A stretch of 64,000 nucleotides of DNA, taken from NCBI GenBank assembly GCA_963745035.1, contig CAVUVW010000005.1, positions 1-64,000 of the forward strand. The letters run 5' to 3'. The translations under genes were made by a program, and so were the position numbers. The notes beneath the pieces were generated by a model. It ran no database searches. It saw only the letters and a program-made list of their open reading frames with translations, and was not told where the DNA came from. How positions within the stretch are numbered: the stretch's first letter is position 1; each line of letters begins with the position of its first letter. This document shows, in pieces, positions 46,454 through 59,189 of the stretch. The stretch comes from an uncultured delta proteobacterium (GTDB lineage Bacteria > Desulfobacterota > Binatia > UBA9968).

Positions 46454-46473
46454 TTTTCGAGTTTCTCAGCGAC

Positions 46474-47514
46474 ATGAACGATTCCCTGGAAGCTCTCCAA
46501 GGAGAGGTTCTGGATCGAATTCAACGATCCGGCTCCGAAAGCGAGCTCGAACAGATTCGTGTGGAGACGCTCGGGCGAAGCGGGGCGGTCACGCTGTTGC
46601 TGCGCGGCATGAAAGACGTGCCCGCGGCGGAGCGGCCGCGCCGGGGCGAGGAGTTGAACCGTCTGCGGCGGGTGGTCGAAGATCGTCTGGAAGAACGGCT
46701 GGGGGCGGTGAGAGAGCAAGCCAAAGCGCGTGCCTTGGCGGAGGAGAGAATCGATATCACGCTTCCCGGCAAGCGCTTCGCGCGCGGCGCGCTCCATCCG
46801 CTGACCCTGGTCATCGATGAGATCGTCGATATTTTCCGTGGGATGGGATTTGAAATTGCCCGGGGGCCCGACATCGAAGACGACTATCATAACTTCGAGG
46901 CGCTCAATTTTCCCAAAGACCATCCGGCGCGCGACATGCAGGATACCTTCTTTGTATCGAACGGCCGGCTGCTGAGAACGCACACCTCGCCGGTGCAGAT
47001 CCGCACCATGGAGAGCCGCAGGCCGCCGCTGCAGATCATCGTGCCCGGCGCGGTCTATCGCCACGACGACGACGCGACGCATTCGCCGATGTTCCATCAA
47101 GTCGAAGGGTTCATGGTCGACGATGCCATCGCGTTTTCCGACTTGAAAGGTGTGCTGACTCATTTCCTGCGCCAGATCTTCGGCGGCGAGCTCGCCGTCA
47201 GATTCCGTCCGAGCTTCTTCCCGTTTACCGAGCCCAGCGCGGAGATCGACATTCAGTGCGTGATCTGCGGCGGCGGCGGTGCGAGCAAGTCCGGTCAGAG
47301 CTGCCGGGTATGCAAGGCGACGGGCTGGCTGGAAATTCTCGGCGCCGGCATGATCGATCCGGCGGTGTTCCAGTTCGTCGGCTACGATCCCGAGCAAGTA
47401 TCCGGCTTCGCGTTCGGCATGGGCGTCGAACGCATCGCCATGCTGAAATACGGCATCGACGATATTCGCCTGTTTTTTCAAAACGACCTGAGATTTCTGA
47501 ACCAGTTTCGCTGA
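46474..47514 (+). CDS. pheS: Phenylalanyl-tRNA synthetase alpha subunit
   Basis: HPARDMQDTF, LLRTHTSPVQ, FRPSFFPFTEPS, GFAFGMGVER. Confidence 0.97.
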   Translation: MNDSLEALQGEVLDRIQRSGSESELEQIRVETLGRSGAVTLLLRGMKDVPAAERPRRGEELNRLRRVVEDRLEERLGAVREQAKARALAEERIDITLPGKRFARGALHPLTLVIDEIVDIFRGMGFEIARGPDIEDDYHNFEALNFPKDHPARDMQDTFFVSNGRLLRTHTSPVQIRTMESRRPPLQIIVPGAVYRHDDDATHSPMFHQVEGFMVDDAIAFSDLKGVLTHFLRQIFGGELAVRFRPSFFPFTEPSAEIDIQCVICGGGGASKSGQSCRVCKATGWLEILGAGMIDPAVFQFVGYDPEQVSGFAFGMGVERIAMLKYGIDDIRLFFQNDLRFLNQFR

Positions 47515-47531
47515 ACGAAACCTTGAGAGAT

Positions 47532-47589
47532 GGAGTATTGGAGGATGGGGTCGTGACTTCCCCAACCCAAAACTCCAGTACTCCAATCC
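47532..47589. repeat. Inverted 8-mer repeat pair between pheS and pheT
   Basis: ggagtattggag ... actccagtactccaatcc. Confidence 0.55.
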
Positions 47590-47590
47590 G

Positions 47591-49679
47591 ATGAAGTTCA
47601 CTTTGAGTTGGCTAAAAGAGTTCGTCGAAGTCGATCTCCCGCCCGCGGAGCTTGCCAAGACGCTGACGATGGCGGGCCTCGAAGTGGAATCGATGGCGGC
47701 CGCGCACGAGCTGGAAAACGGCCAGGAAGACTGGCTGTTCGAAATCGCCGTCACGCCCAATCGCGGCGACTGTCTGGGCATCGCCGGAATCGCGCGCGAG
47801 GTGGCGGCGCTCACGAAAGGAAAGTTAAAGACGCTGCCGGTGGATGTCGCAACAAAGGATCCGAACCTGCAAAAGCGGATTGCCATCGCGATCGAAGACC
47901 CGCTGCTCTGCGCGCGCTATTCGGCGCGCATCGTGGACGAGATCAAGATCGCGCCGTCGCCGGCGTGGTTGCGCCGCCGGCTGGAAAGCTCCGGCATCCG
48001 CGCGATCAACAACGTGGTCGACGTGACCAACTACGTCATGCTCGAAACCGGTCAGCCGCTCCATGCCTTCGATCTCGAGCGGCTCCGGCACAAAGCGATC
48101 GTCGTCAGAGCCGCCGGCGCGGCGAAAAGATTGACCACACTCGACGGCGTTGAAAGGCAGTTGGTGGAGGAAGATCTCTTGATCTGCGATGGCGCCTGAG
48201 CCGGTGGCCCTGGCCGGAGTCATGGGCGGGGCCGACTCCGATGTGCGGCAATCGACCGCTTCGGTGCTGCTCGAAAGCGCCAACTTTGCGCCGGTCTCGA
48301 TTCGCCGCACGGCGCGCCGGCTCGGCCTCCACAGCGAAGCGTCGCATCGCTTCGAGCGCGGCGTCGATCCCGATGGAACGCTTGCGGCGCTCCATCGCGC
48401 GGCCTATTTGCTCGGCCACATCTCGGCGGGCCGTGCCGTCGCCGGAACAGCCGACCGCTATCCCGGTAAAGTGAAGCCGCCGACTATCATTCTGCGCGAA
48501 GATCGCATCGAGAGCCTACTGGGACTCAAGATCGAGCGAGGGCAGGCGGCCGAAACTGCTGAGCGGCCTCGGACATGAAAATCACAGATCAGGCCCGGCG
48601 TCGAAGCCTTGCGGTCGTGCCGCCGTCGGGTCGCAGCGACATCACGCGCGAGGCCGACCTGATCGAGGAACTGGCCCGGCTGCGCGGCTATGATCATATC
48701 CCGAGCACGCTGCCGCTGCTCAGAAACTCCGGGGGCAAAAACGATCCCCAGTTGAACTGGGAAAGACAGCTCCGGTCCTTGCTGGCGGGAGAGGGGCTAA
48801 GCGAGGTGATCAATCTGCCGTTTACGACGGCAGCGCTCAACGCCCTTTTTCCCGGATTGCTTCCCGAGTCTGGCCCGCCCGTCGCCGTACACAATCCGCT
48901 GGCGAAAGAAGACGCGGAAATGCGCCGCAGCCTGGCGCCGGGGCTGATCGAAAATTTTCGGCTCAATATGGCCTTCAAGACGCATGGCTTCCACGCCTAT
49001 CACCTGGGCAAGGTTTTCGGCGTGAGCGCCGCCGGAGACATCGAAGAGCGGCAGTGCGTCGCGGGGCTGCTTTACGGTCCGCGTGGACGTTATGGATTGC
49101 GTCTGGGCGAGGAAACTCCCGGCGATTTTTTCGCGTGCAAGGGCGTGGTCGAGGCCGTTCTGGAGCTGTTTCATCTGCGCGAAGCGGCGCTCTGGGAACG
49201 ACGCGAAAGGGCATCGCTCCATCCGGGTAAATCGGTCGATGTCAGCTATGGCGACGCGCGCCTCGGCTATCTCGGGCAAGCGCATCCCAATATCGTCCAA
49301 CAGCTTGAGTTGCCTCCGTTTTTTCTCTTCGAACTTGACTTCGCAGAAACTGCTTGAGTATGCTCCGCGGCGAATAGCGATAAACGCACTTCCACGCTTT
49401 CCGGCCGTTGAACGGGACGTTGCTTTGGTGGTAGATCGCGACTTTGCCTCACAGCAAGTGATCCGATGGATTAAGGACCTCGGCGAACCTTTGATCGAAC
49501 ATGTTGAAGTCTTCGACCAATACACGGGGGCGCCGGTTCCCGAAGGCAAAAAAAGCTTGGCTTACAAGATTTCTTATCGCGCCGGCGAGAGAACTCTGAC
49601 GGATTCGGAGGTCAATGAACTGCACCATAGCTTGGTGGAACGGCTTGGCAGTGCCTTTGGCGCCGAGCGGCGCAGCTGA
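47591..49679 (+). CDS. pheT: Phenylalanyl-tRNA synthetase beta subunit (short form; three frameshifts)
   Basis: SWLKEFV, TPNRGDCLG, GQPLHAFD, ASHRFERGVD, DLIEELARLRGY, FPAVERDVA. Confidence 0.95.
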
Positions 49680-49716
49680 CGGTTTCGACCGCTGGTCCGC
49701 GGGAGAAGGTGTAACT

Positions 49717-50040
49717 ATGACAAAAGCTGAAATTATCACGCGAATCTACGAGAAAGTCGGGTTTTCAAAAAAGGACGCCACGGACGTGGTCGAGGCGACG
49801 TTCGATATCATCAAAGGCTGTCTGGAACAGGGCGAGAAAGTGAAGATTTCCGGGTTCGGAAACTTTGTCGTCAATACCAAACGGCCGCGTAAAGGCCGCA
49901 ACCCACAAACCGGCGATGAGATCATCATCGTCGGCCGCAAAGTTTTGACCTTCAAAGCAAGCCAAATCATGAAGAAGAGCCTCAATAGCATGTCCTCGAG
50001 CGGCGCCGCCGCGTCGCCGAGCTCGACCGCTTCCGAATAG
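49717..50040 (+). CDS. ihfA: Integration host factor alpha
   Basis: MTKAEII, VKISGFGNF, GRNPQTG; position after pheT. Confidence 0.95.
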   Translation: MTKAEIITRIYEKVGFSKKDATDVVEATFDIIKGCLEQGEKVKISGFGNFVVNTKRPRKGRNPQTGDEIIIVGRKVLTFKASQIMKKSLNSMSSSGAAASPSSTASE

Positions 50041-50049
50041 GCATGGGCA

Positions 50050-50404
50050 ATGGCCCCCCGATTGCCGGAAAAAATATATTTCAAGATCGGCGAGGTTAGC
50101 GAGATTGTCGGGGTCGAGCCTTACGTCTTGCGCTATTGGGAAACCGAATTTGAGCTCCTCAGGCCGGCCAAAGCGCCGTCGAAGCACCGGTTATACAAAA
50201 AGCGAGACGTAGAACTTTTGTTGGATATCAAGACGACTTCTGTACAGCGAAGGTTTCACCATCGAAGGCGCGCGCCGCAAACTGAAAGAGACCAAGAAAG
50301 AAGACAAAGATCAATTGAAGCTGCCGCTCTCCGAGCAAAAATATAAAAGCGCTCTGGTAAAACTGAAAAAAGATTTGGAATCTCTCCGCAAATTGCTCTC
50401 CTAA
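50050..50404 (+). CDS. MerR-family regulator (ihfA-associated); frameshift near 50235
   Basis: KIYFKIGEVSEIVGVEPYVLRYWETEF. Confidence 0.9.
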
Positions 50405-50503
50405 AGATGTCGTAAGTTGTGTCTTGATGGTCCGGCGATGTCCGGGCAGCTAAATTGATTTGGCGCCGGCCGAGTGTTACATTTCGCCTGCTTTAACCCC
50501 TGT

Positions 50504-50580
50504 CGGGGCGTAGCGCAGCCTGGTAGCGCACACGCTTGGGGTGCGTGTGGTCAGCGGTTCAAATCCGCTCGCCCCGACCA
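50504..50580 (+). tRNA. tRNA-Pro (GGG)
   Basis: Acceptor CGGGGCG/CGCCCCG, anticodon arm CACGC-TTGGGGT-GCGTG, GGTTCAAATCC, CCA. Confidence 0.97.
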
Positions 50581-50732
50581 TTTCATCTCCTGTAGCGTCG
50601 GTTCGCTCCATCCAGCCCGACGCGATTTTCGCCGCGTTCCTGCTGCGCCGTGTTGGCTGCGCCAACCGTATTCCAGAGAATTCCAAAAATCCTTTCTGGA
50701 GCGTGCCGACCGCACTTAGGAGGAATCGTTAA

Positions 50733-50915
50733 ATGCTGCTGAGTGTCTTCGAGAGCGCCGAGAGGAAAGAGCCACCAAGCAAGAACCCGCCGATCCGCCC
50801 GCCCGATGGTAGAAGAAAGCCGCCGAAAAAAGAGCCGCCGGATCCCGCGCACGATGATCGGCCTCCCATCGGCGAGCCGCCGCGGCGACGAGGGCCCAAG
50901 AAGCTGCTCGCATGA
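50733..50915 (+). CDS. Small Pro/Lys/Arg-rich hypothetical protein (60 aa)
   Basis: AGGAGG RBS; repeated xPP units (KEPP, NPP, RPP, KPP, EPP). Confidence 0.5.
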   Translation: MLLSVFESAERKEPPSKNPPIRPPDGRRKPPKKEPPDPAHDDRPPIGEPPRRRGPKKLLA

Positions 50916-51235
50916 GACGATCGAAAACCTCGTCGTCGGTGGGCGCGCGAGTCCAGCAAGAGGGCAGCTCTCCATTCAGACGAAGCATTCCCGGCGAGCG
51001 ATTGGTGCGGGGGATTTTGCGGCTTGCTGGAACCGCGTCCATCCCGCGCCTTTGGTGGAAAGCCGCCTTGGTTTGGTGATAAAGTTATAGCAATGATATC
51101 TTCAAGCCGGTCCAGCCGAAGATTGGTCTCATGCGTGTCGGCGCACGGTTTGCGGCGTCGCAAAGCTGGCGCGCGAGAAGCCGGCTGGCATCCTATCCGC
51201 GCGGCATACGCGGCAGCTTTCGTCGTCCTTGTAAA

Positions 51236-51902
51236 GTGAAACATTCCGAACCGATCCCTCATGATTTTGTCTGGGCGCGCGACCGCATGGTCCAGGAACA
51301 GATCGTCGCGCGCGGTATCGACGATGCCCGGGTCATCGCCGCGTTGCGGAAAATCCCCCGGCACCTGTTTGTCGATCCCGGCATCGTCAACCGTTCTTAC
51401 GACGACAGCGCCTTGCCGATCGGCGAGAAGCAGACGCTTTCCCAGCCATTCATGGCTGCGCAGATGACCGCCGCGCTGGGCCTGGGCGGACACGAGAAGG
51501 TGCTCGAAATCGGCACCGGGTCGGGATACCAGACAGCGCTGCTGGCGGAACTTTGTTTCAATGTGTTTTCGGTCGAAAAGCTGCGCGTCGTTGTCGCACA
51601 AGGCCAGAAAGCTGCTCGACCGCCTCGGCTATCAGAATATCGCGCTGCACGTGGGCGACGGCACCATCGGCTGGTCCGAGCACGCGCCCTACGACGCCAT
51701 TCTCGTGGCTGCGGCGGCGCCCTCCGAGCCCAAGCCTCTGCTCGATCAGCTTGCCGCCGACGGTCGGCTGGTCATTCCGGTAGGCGACGAACAGGGGCAG
51801 ACTCTGCTGCGCGTGACGCGCACGGAAAACGGTTTCAAGAAAGAACAGTTGGGCGAATGCAAGTTTGTCAAGCTGCTCGGAAAATACGGCTGGCCGGACT
51901 GA
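51236..51902 (+). CDS. pcm: Protein-L-isoaspartate O-methyltransferase (frameshift near 51590; start approximate)
   Basis: IPRHLFV, QTLSQP, VLEIGTGSGYQ, GDGTIGW...APYDAILV. Confidence 0.93.
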
Positions 51903-51966
51903 GCGCGGGGCCGCTCTCGGTCGCGCGACGTCCACGTCGCTTCACCGCCCGGCGCCAGGCGCGTCG

Positions 51967-52713
51967 ATGATATTTCGCCGCGGAATTCTTCACGGGCTAC
52001 TATCTTCATTCTTGGTCTTTGCTTGCGCCCCGCCGACAGCCACTCCGCCGCCGCCGGCGAACGTGGCGCGGCAAGGCGCCTATCACGTCGTCAAACCCGG
52101 GGAAAATTTGTTTCGCATCGCCAAAGCCTACGACTTGAGCTACGAGGAATTGGCGCGCGCGAACGGCATCAAAGACCCGCGCCACATTGTGGTCGGACAG
52201 AGAATCTTCATTCCGGGAGGAGCGCGGCAACGGCAGGTCGAGGGGAGCGCTGCCGCGGAAGGATTGCCTGCGCAGGGCGGAGCGCAAGCCGAGCCGAGCG
52301 AAAACGCCTTTCTGTGGCCGGTGAGCGGCTCGCTCAACTCAGGCTTCGGACCGCGCGGCTCGGGCTTTCACGACGGGCTCGACATCGCGGCCCCGGAAGG
52401 AACGCCGATCCGCGCCGTCGAGCGCGGCGAGGTGATCTACAGCGATGAGCTGCGCGGCTACGGCAATATGGTGATCGTGCGCCACGGCGGCGGCATCGTT
52501 TCGGTCTATGCCCATAACCAAGTGAATCTGGTGCGCGAAGGCCAGCAAGTCGCGCGCGGCGAAATCATTGCCCGAGTCGGCAGCACCGGTCGCGTAACCG
52601 GGCCGCATCTCCATTTCGAGATCCGCAAGAACAATCTGGCTCAGGACCCGCTGCTTTATCTGCCTCAGTTGTGCTGCGTTCCGGCATCCGATATGTTGGC
52701 GCCGAAAGGTTAG
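51967..52713 (+). CDS. LysM + M23 peptidase lipoprotein (NlpD-like)
   Basis: Lipobox-like LVFAC, LysM YHVVKPGENLFRIA, M23 HDGLD...YAH...PHLHFE. Confidence 0.9.
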   Translation: MIFRRGILHGLLSSFLVFACAPPTATPPPPANVARQGAYHVVKPGENLFRIAKAYDLSYEELARANGIKDPRHIVVGQRIFIPGGARQRQVEGSAAAEGLPAQGGAQAEPSENAFLWPVSGSLNSGFGPRGSGFHDGLDIAAPEGTPIRAVERGEVIYSDELRGYGNMVIVRHGGGIVSVYAHNQVNLVREGQQVARGEIIARVGSTGRVTGPHLHFEIRKNNLAQDPLLYLPQLCCVPASDMLAPKG

Positions 52714-52720
52714 AAATCGC

Positions 52721-53872
52721 GTGAAAGAGTTGGCAAAAATTCGCAGCGACGTGGTCGGAAGTCTGTTGCGCCCGGCGCGTTTAAAGGAAGCCCGGAGGCG
52801 TTACGACGCCGGCGAGATCTCGCTTGCGGACACTGCGCCGGACACGAAGATGAATCGATCCGTGATGCGGTCCGTTTGCAGGAGGAAATCGGCCTCCCTG
52901 TGGTGACCGACGGCGAGTACCGGCGCCTGAATTTTCAGGACAGCTTCGGCGAGTCGGTGGCCGGATACGACGCCGGCAAGCCGAGCATGAAATTCTATGA
53001 ACAGCGGGTCGAGGGCGGCACCCCGCTCAGGCGCTGGGAGATTCCCGACCAGGGAGAAGAGAAAAGCACCGCGGTCGCCCAGCGGCGCCCGGTCAAGGAA
53101 AAACTCCGCCTAGCGCGCAATGTGCCCATGGAGGAGTTTCGCTTTCTCAAGGACGCGGCGCGCGCGCCGGGCAAAGTGGCGCTCATCGGTCCCGACCGCA
53201 TCTCGCAGCGCTTCGACTGGCAGAAGTCGCCAAGCCGTCTATTCGGGCCTGGACGAATTTGTCGGCGATGTCGTCAAAGTGGAGCGCGAGATCATCAGCG
53301 GGCTCGTCGAAGCCGGCTGTCGTTACGTGCAGATCGACGCGCCCGGTTATACGGCTTACGTCGATGGGCCGTCGCTCGACGCCATGCGCGCGCGCGGCGA
53401 AGACCCCAAGGAAAATTTCAGCCGCTCATTGAAGGCTGACAACGCACTGATCGACGGCTTCGATGGCGTTACCTTCGGGATTCATCTGTGCCGCGGCAAC
53501 CAGCGCAGCATGTGGCACCGGGAAGGCAGCTACGACGATATCGCCGAGCGGCTGCTCAACGAGCTCCGGCACGACCGCTTTCTGTTCGAGTACGACACGC
53601 CGCGCGCCGGCGGCTTCGAGCCGCTACGGTTTTTGCCCAAGGGGAAAATCATCGTGCTGGGACTGGTGAGCACCAAGGTCGCGGAGCTCGAGACGGTCGA
53701 CGGGCTCAAGCGCCGAATCGACGAGGCCGGCAGGCACGTGCCTCTCGAACAGGTCGCGATCAGTCCCCAGTGCGGCTTTTCTTCGGACGTCGTCGGCAAC
53801 TTGATCAGCGAGGACGACCAGAAACGCAAGCTCGAAGTGGTCGTCGAAGCGGCGCGGCAGATTTGGGGCTAA
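52721..53872 (+). CDS. Cobalamin-independent methionine-synthase-II-family protein (single catalytic barrel; frameshifts)
   Basis: DVVGSLLRP, VVTDGEYRR, Zn ligands HLC, E (FEYD) and C (SPQCGF). Confidence 0.88.
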
Positions 53873-53954
53873 GCCTCGCGGCGCTCGGCGCTGCAAATCT
53901 CAGATCTCAATCTCAGTTTCGTTCTCATTCGTAAGGCCGGGAGAGGAACGCAAC

Positions 53955-54491
53955 ATGATGGAAGACATCGAGAGTATCCAACGGGCGATTCGAGATATTC
54001 CCGACTTTCCCAAGCCCGGCATCGTCTTCAAAGATATCACGCCATTGCTGAGCGACGGGCGGCTATTTGCGAAGACTATCGATTTGCTCGCCGAGCGTTA
54101 CCGCGACGAAAAGGTCGACGCGGTGCTTGGCATCGAGTCGCGCGGTTTTATCATCGGCGCCGCGCTCGCTTACACGCTCGGCGCGGGCTTCAGCGTCGTC
54201 CGCAAGCCCGGCAAGCTGCCCTACGAGACTCACGCCGAGAGTTATGCCCTGGAATACGGCTCGGACAGCCTGGAAATTCATGTCGACGGGCTGGCGCCCA
54301 AATCGCGAGTCGTCATTGCCGACGATTTGATCGCCACCGGCGGCACCGCCGCCGCCACCGCAGCGTTGGTTTCGAAGCTCGGTGGCACGGTGGTCGAATG
54401 CGCTTTCGTGATCGAACTGACGTTTCTCCGAGGCCGCGAAAAGCTCAAGCCCCATGGAGTTTATTCCTTGCTTCAGTATGACTCCGAGTAG
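53955..54491 (+). CDS. apt: Adenine phosphoribosyltransferase
   Basis: IPDFPKPGIVFKDIT, GIESRGF, RKPGKLP, DDLIATGGT. Confidence 0.97.
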   Translation: MMEDIESIQRAIRDIPDFPKPGIVFKDITPLLSDGRLFAKTIDLLAERYRDEKVDAVLGIESRGFIIGAALAYTLGAGFSVVRKPGKLPYETHAESYALEYGSDSLEIHVDGLAPKSRVVIADDLIATGGTAAATAALVSKLGGTVVECAFVIELTFLRGREKLKPHGVYSLLQYDSE

Positions 54492-54527
54492 TTCAAGAAA
54501 TCACTGGGTTTTCACCGTCTCGTTTCC

Positions 54528-54557
54528 TTGACATCGCCCAGTGATCGTCGGTAGAGT
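54528..54557 (+). promoter_or_regulatory. Putative sigma70 promoter for nuoI-thiC, bracketed by an inverted repeat
   Basis: TTGACA-18 bp-TAGAGT. ATCACTGGG (54500-54508) and CCCAGTGAT (54537-54545) flank the -35. Confidence 0.5.
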
Positions 54558-54656
54558 GACAGTAACAGAAAATCCAGAATCCGAAAAAAGTTGCCGTGCT
54601 GCGCATGCGCAGCTTTTGGCAGCCTGCATCCGATCGAGACTAAACCCGACACAGCG

Positions 54657-55228
54657 ATGAAACGCATCGAAGAAATGTCACTCTGGGAACGGCTTTATTT
54701 CCCCGAGGTGATCCGCGGCCTGACGGTGACCGGCTACCGATTTTGGCGGAATCTGACGATTCATACTCTGCAAAAGCTCGGTTTGGCCAAGGACGCTCAA
54801 GCGGCGATTACGGTGCAGTATCCCGAGGAGCGGTTGCCCTATCCGGACACCTTTCGAGGGCCGGCACCGCTTGACTCTCAAAGACGACGGCGCGGTGCAG
54901 TGCACCGCCTGTTTTCTCTGCGCCACCGCCTGTCCGGCGGAGTGCATCTACATCGAGGCCGGCGAGTATCCCAACGACCCGGTGGAAAAATTTCCGGTGC
55001 GCTACGAGATCGACACCTTGCGCTGTATCTATTGCGGTTACTGCGTCGAAGCCTGCCCGTGCGACGCGATTCGCATGGATTCCGGCACTCATCCCGGCAA
55101 TCTCGGCTTCAGCCGCAAAGACTTTCGTCGAAACCAAAGAGGTTTTGATGGAGCGCTCGCGAGAGTTGGCCGAAAAGGGTAAAGAGGGACTCTACGAAGA
55201 GTACGTGAAACCCTATCGTCACGTTTAA
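54657..55228 (+). CDS. nuoI: NADH-quinone oxidoreductase subunit I-like 2[4Fe-4S] protein (frameshifts)
   Basis: [43 protein letters not shown]. Confidence 0.88.
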
Positions 55229-57245
<2,017 letters not shown>

Positions 57246-57343
57246 TTGCCGCTATTTGTCACTGATCGAACTGGCCGCCACGCGCGGCCAGTTTCGTTTC
57301 GGGTGCTTGTTCAGTTCGGCAGAACCGGCGCTCTGTTCCCTCA

Positions 57344-57866
57344 ATGGATAAACCGAAACGAATTTTGCTTTACGGGTTCGGCCCATATCAAGAATTTCGC
57401 GACAATATTACCGCACGAATTATCCAAGTCTTTGCCGCCGAGATCCGGAATGAAGAAAATTGTGTTTCCGGTGCGCTTCCAACGGCGGCAGTTTGTCGAT
57501 GCGATCACGCGATTCAAGCCGAAGATCATTCTTGGCCTAGGACAGAGCTCGCGCCGGAGGATCGATGTGGAAGCCCAAGCGGTGAATCGGCGACGCGGGC
57601 GCGGAACGGATCGCTCGAAAGCGATCTCGCCGCGCGGGCCGGAAACCCTCAAAACTACTTTAAAATTGGCGGCCGGACGTAAAGCCGGGCGATCATCCGA
57701 TGCCGGAGACTACGTCTGCAATTTTTCGATGTATGTGATGCTCGATCACATCCGGCGCGAAGGTGCGGATATTCGGTACGGATTCATTCACATCCCGCAC
57801 GACTACGATTTAGAGAAGGCCGGCAAATTGATCGATAGGATTCTTCGGCGCTGCCGTCGAGTTTAG
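57344..57866 (+). CDS. pcp: Pyroglutamyl-peptidase I (C15), frameshift near 57420
   Basis: ILLYGFGPY; triad E (IDVEAQAVN), C (SDAGDYVCN), H (GFIHIP). Confidence 0.85.
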
Positions 57867-57888
57867 ATTCGCCGAAGACAAACTTCGG

Positions 57889-58758
57889 TCAGCTCGTCAG
57901 CCGCTTGAGCGCCTCGCGGTATTTTTCTTGGGTTTTTTTCACGATTTCCGGAGGCAGCTCGGGCGGCGGCGATTTCATGTCCCACGGCAGATTGACCAGG
58001 TAGTCGCGCACGAACTGCTTGTCGAAGCTGTCGGGCGTCTTTCCCGGATGGTAGCCATCAGCGGCCAGAAGCGCGAGGAGTCGGGCGTTAAGACTTCATC
58101 GATCAGGATGATGTCGTCGCCTTCGATGCCGAACTCGAACTTGGTGTCGGCGATGATGATGCCTTTTTTCTCCGCGATTTCTCGGGCGCGGCTGTAGATT
58201 GCGACGGTCGCGTCGCGCATTTTCTCTGCCCGTTTGCTGCCGACTTTGGCTGCCATCTCATCGAAGGTGATGTTGACGTCGTGAGCGCCGACCGGCGGCT
58301 TTCGTCGAAGGGGTGAAGATCGGCTCGTCCAGACGCGATGCTTCCACCAGTCCCTTCGGCAGCGGAATGCCGCACACCGAACCGGTCTGCTGATAATCTT
58401 TCCAACCCGAGCCAACCAGATAGCCGCGCACGATGCACTCCACCGGCGCCGGCAGGCTTTTCTTCACCAGCATGGTGCGACCTTCGAGCTTCGCGCGATG
58501 CGGCTGGCAAGCGGCCGGAAATTTGTCGACGTCGGTAGTGATCAGATGGTGGGGGATGATGTCTTTGATCACCTCGAACCAGTAAACGGACATCTCGGTG
58601 AGAATTTTCCCCTTGTCCGGGATCAAGGTCGGGAGAATCACGTCGAACGCGGAGATGCGATCGCTGGCGACCAGAAGGAGCCTGTCCCCAAGGTCGTAAA
58701 TGTCACGCACCTTACCGCGATTGAACAGCTTCAAACCGGAGAGCGTTTCTTCAGCCAT
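57889..58758 (-). CDS. purC: SAICAR synthetase (frameshifts)
   Basis: [45 protein letters not shown]. Confidence 0.96.
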
Positions 58759-58831
58759 GACTAAGCCTTAATAGGTTTTGTTAAGAACGGTTACTCCAGC
58801 GTGGGATACACGCCGGTTTAGAACAAGCGGA

Positions 58832-59179
58832 CTAGAGCAGTGCTTTGACTTCGGCTTCGTTAAAACCGGTCAATTTTTTTTTGCCTTTGATGATCACCGG
58901 CCGCTTGAGCAGATTCGGGTCTTTGAGCATGAGCTTGATCGCCTCATCTTTGGACGGCGGTTTCTGCTTCATGTTCTTTTCGCGGTAGAGCGGCGTCCGG
59001 GTATTCAGAAAAGGCTCGATGGGATCGTTGCCGATGATGTCGCGCAATTCTTTTTCGGTAAATGGGTTCTTGCCGTACTCTCTTTCGTCGAAATCGACTT
59101 TCTTCGATTGCAAGAAACTTCTTGCTTTACGACAGGTCGTTCACGTTGCTTTGTAGATGAACTTCAATTTATCGGCCAT
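58832..59179 (-). CDS. ArsC/Spx-family selenoprotein (U-T-T-C), 115 aa
   Basis: ATG at 59179 with AGAGGT RBS. MADKLKFIYKAT-TGA-TTCRKARSFL runs in frame into ORF 58832..59113 (DPNLLKRPVI...LTGF). SECIS-like hairpin downstream. Confidence 0.85.
59110..59125 (-). promoter_or_regulatory. Putative bacterial SECIS hairpin
   Basis: GCAAGA-AGTT-TCTTGC; the loop starts 21 nt after the UGA, with G at loop position 2 followed by U. Confidence 0.6.
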
Positions 59180-59189
59180 CGTCGACCTC

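Noticed and set aside
43238-50580. tRNA-anchored integrative elements at tRNA-Val or tRNA-Pro
   Set aside because: No integrase and no duplicated tRNA 3' end were seen, and the flanks are housekeeping genes.
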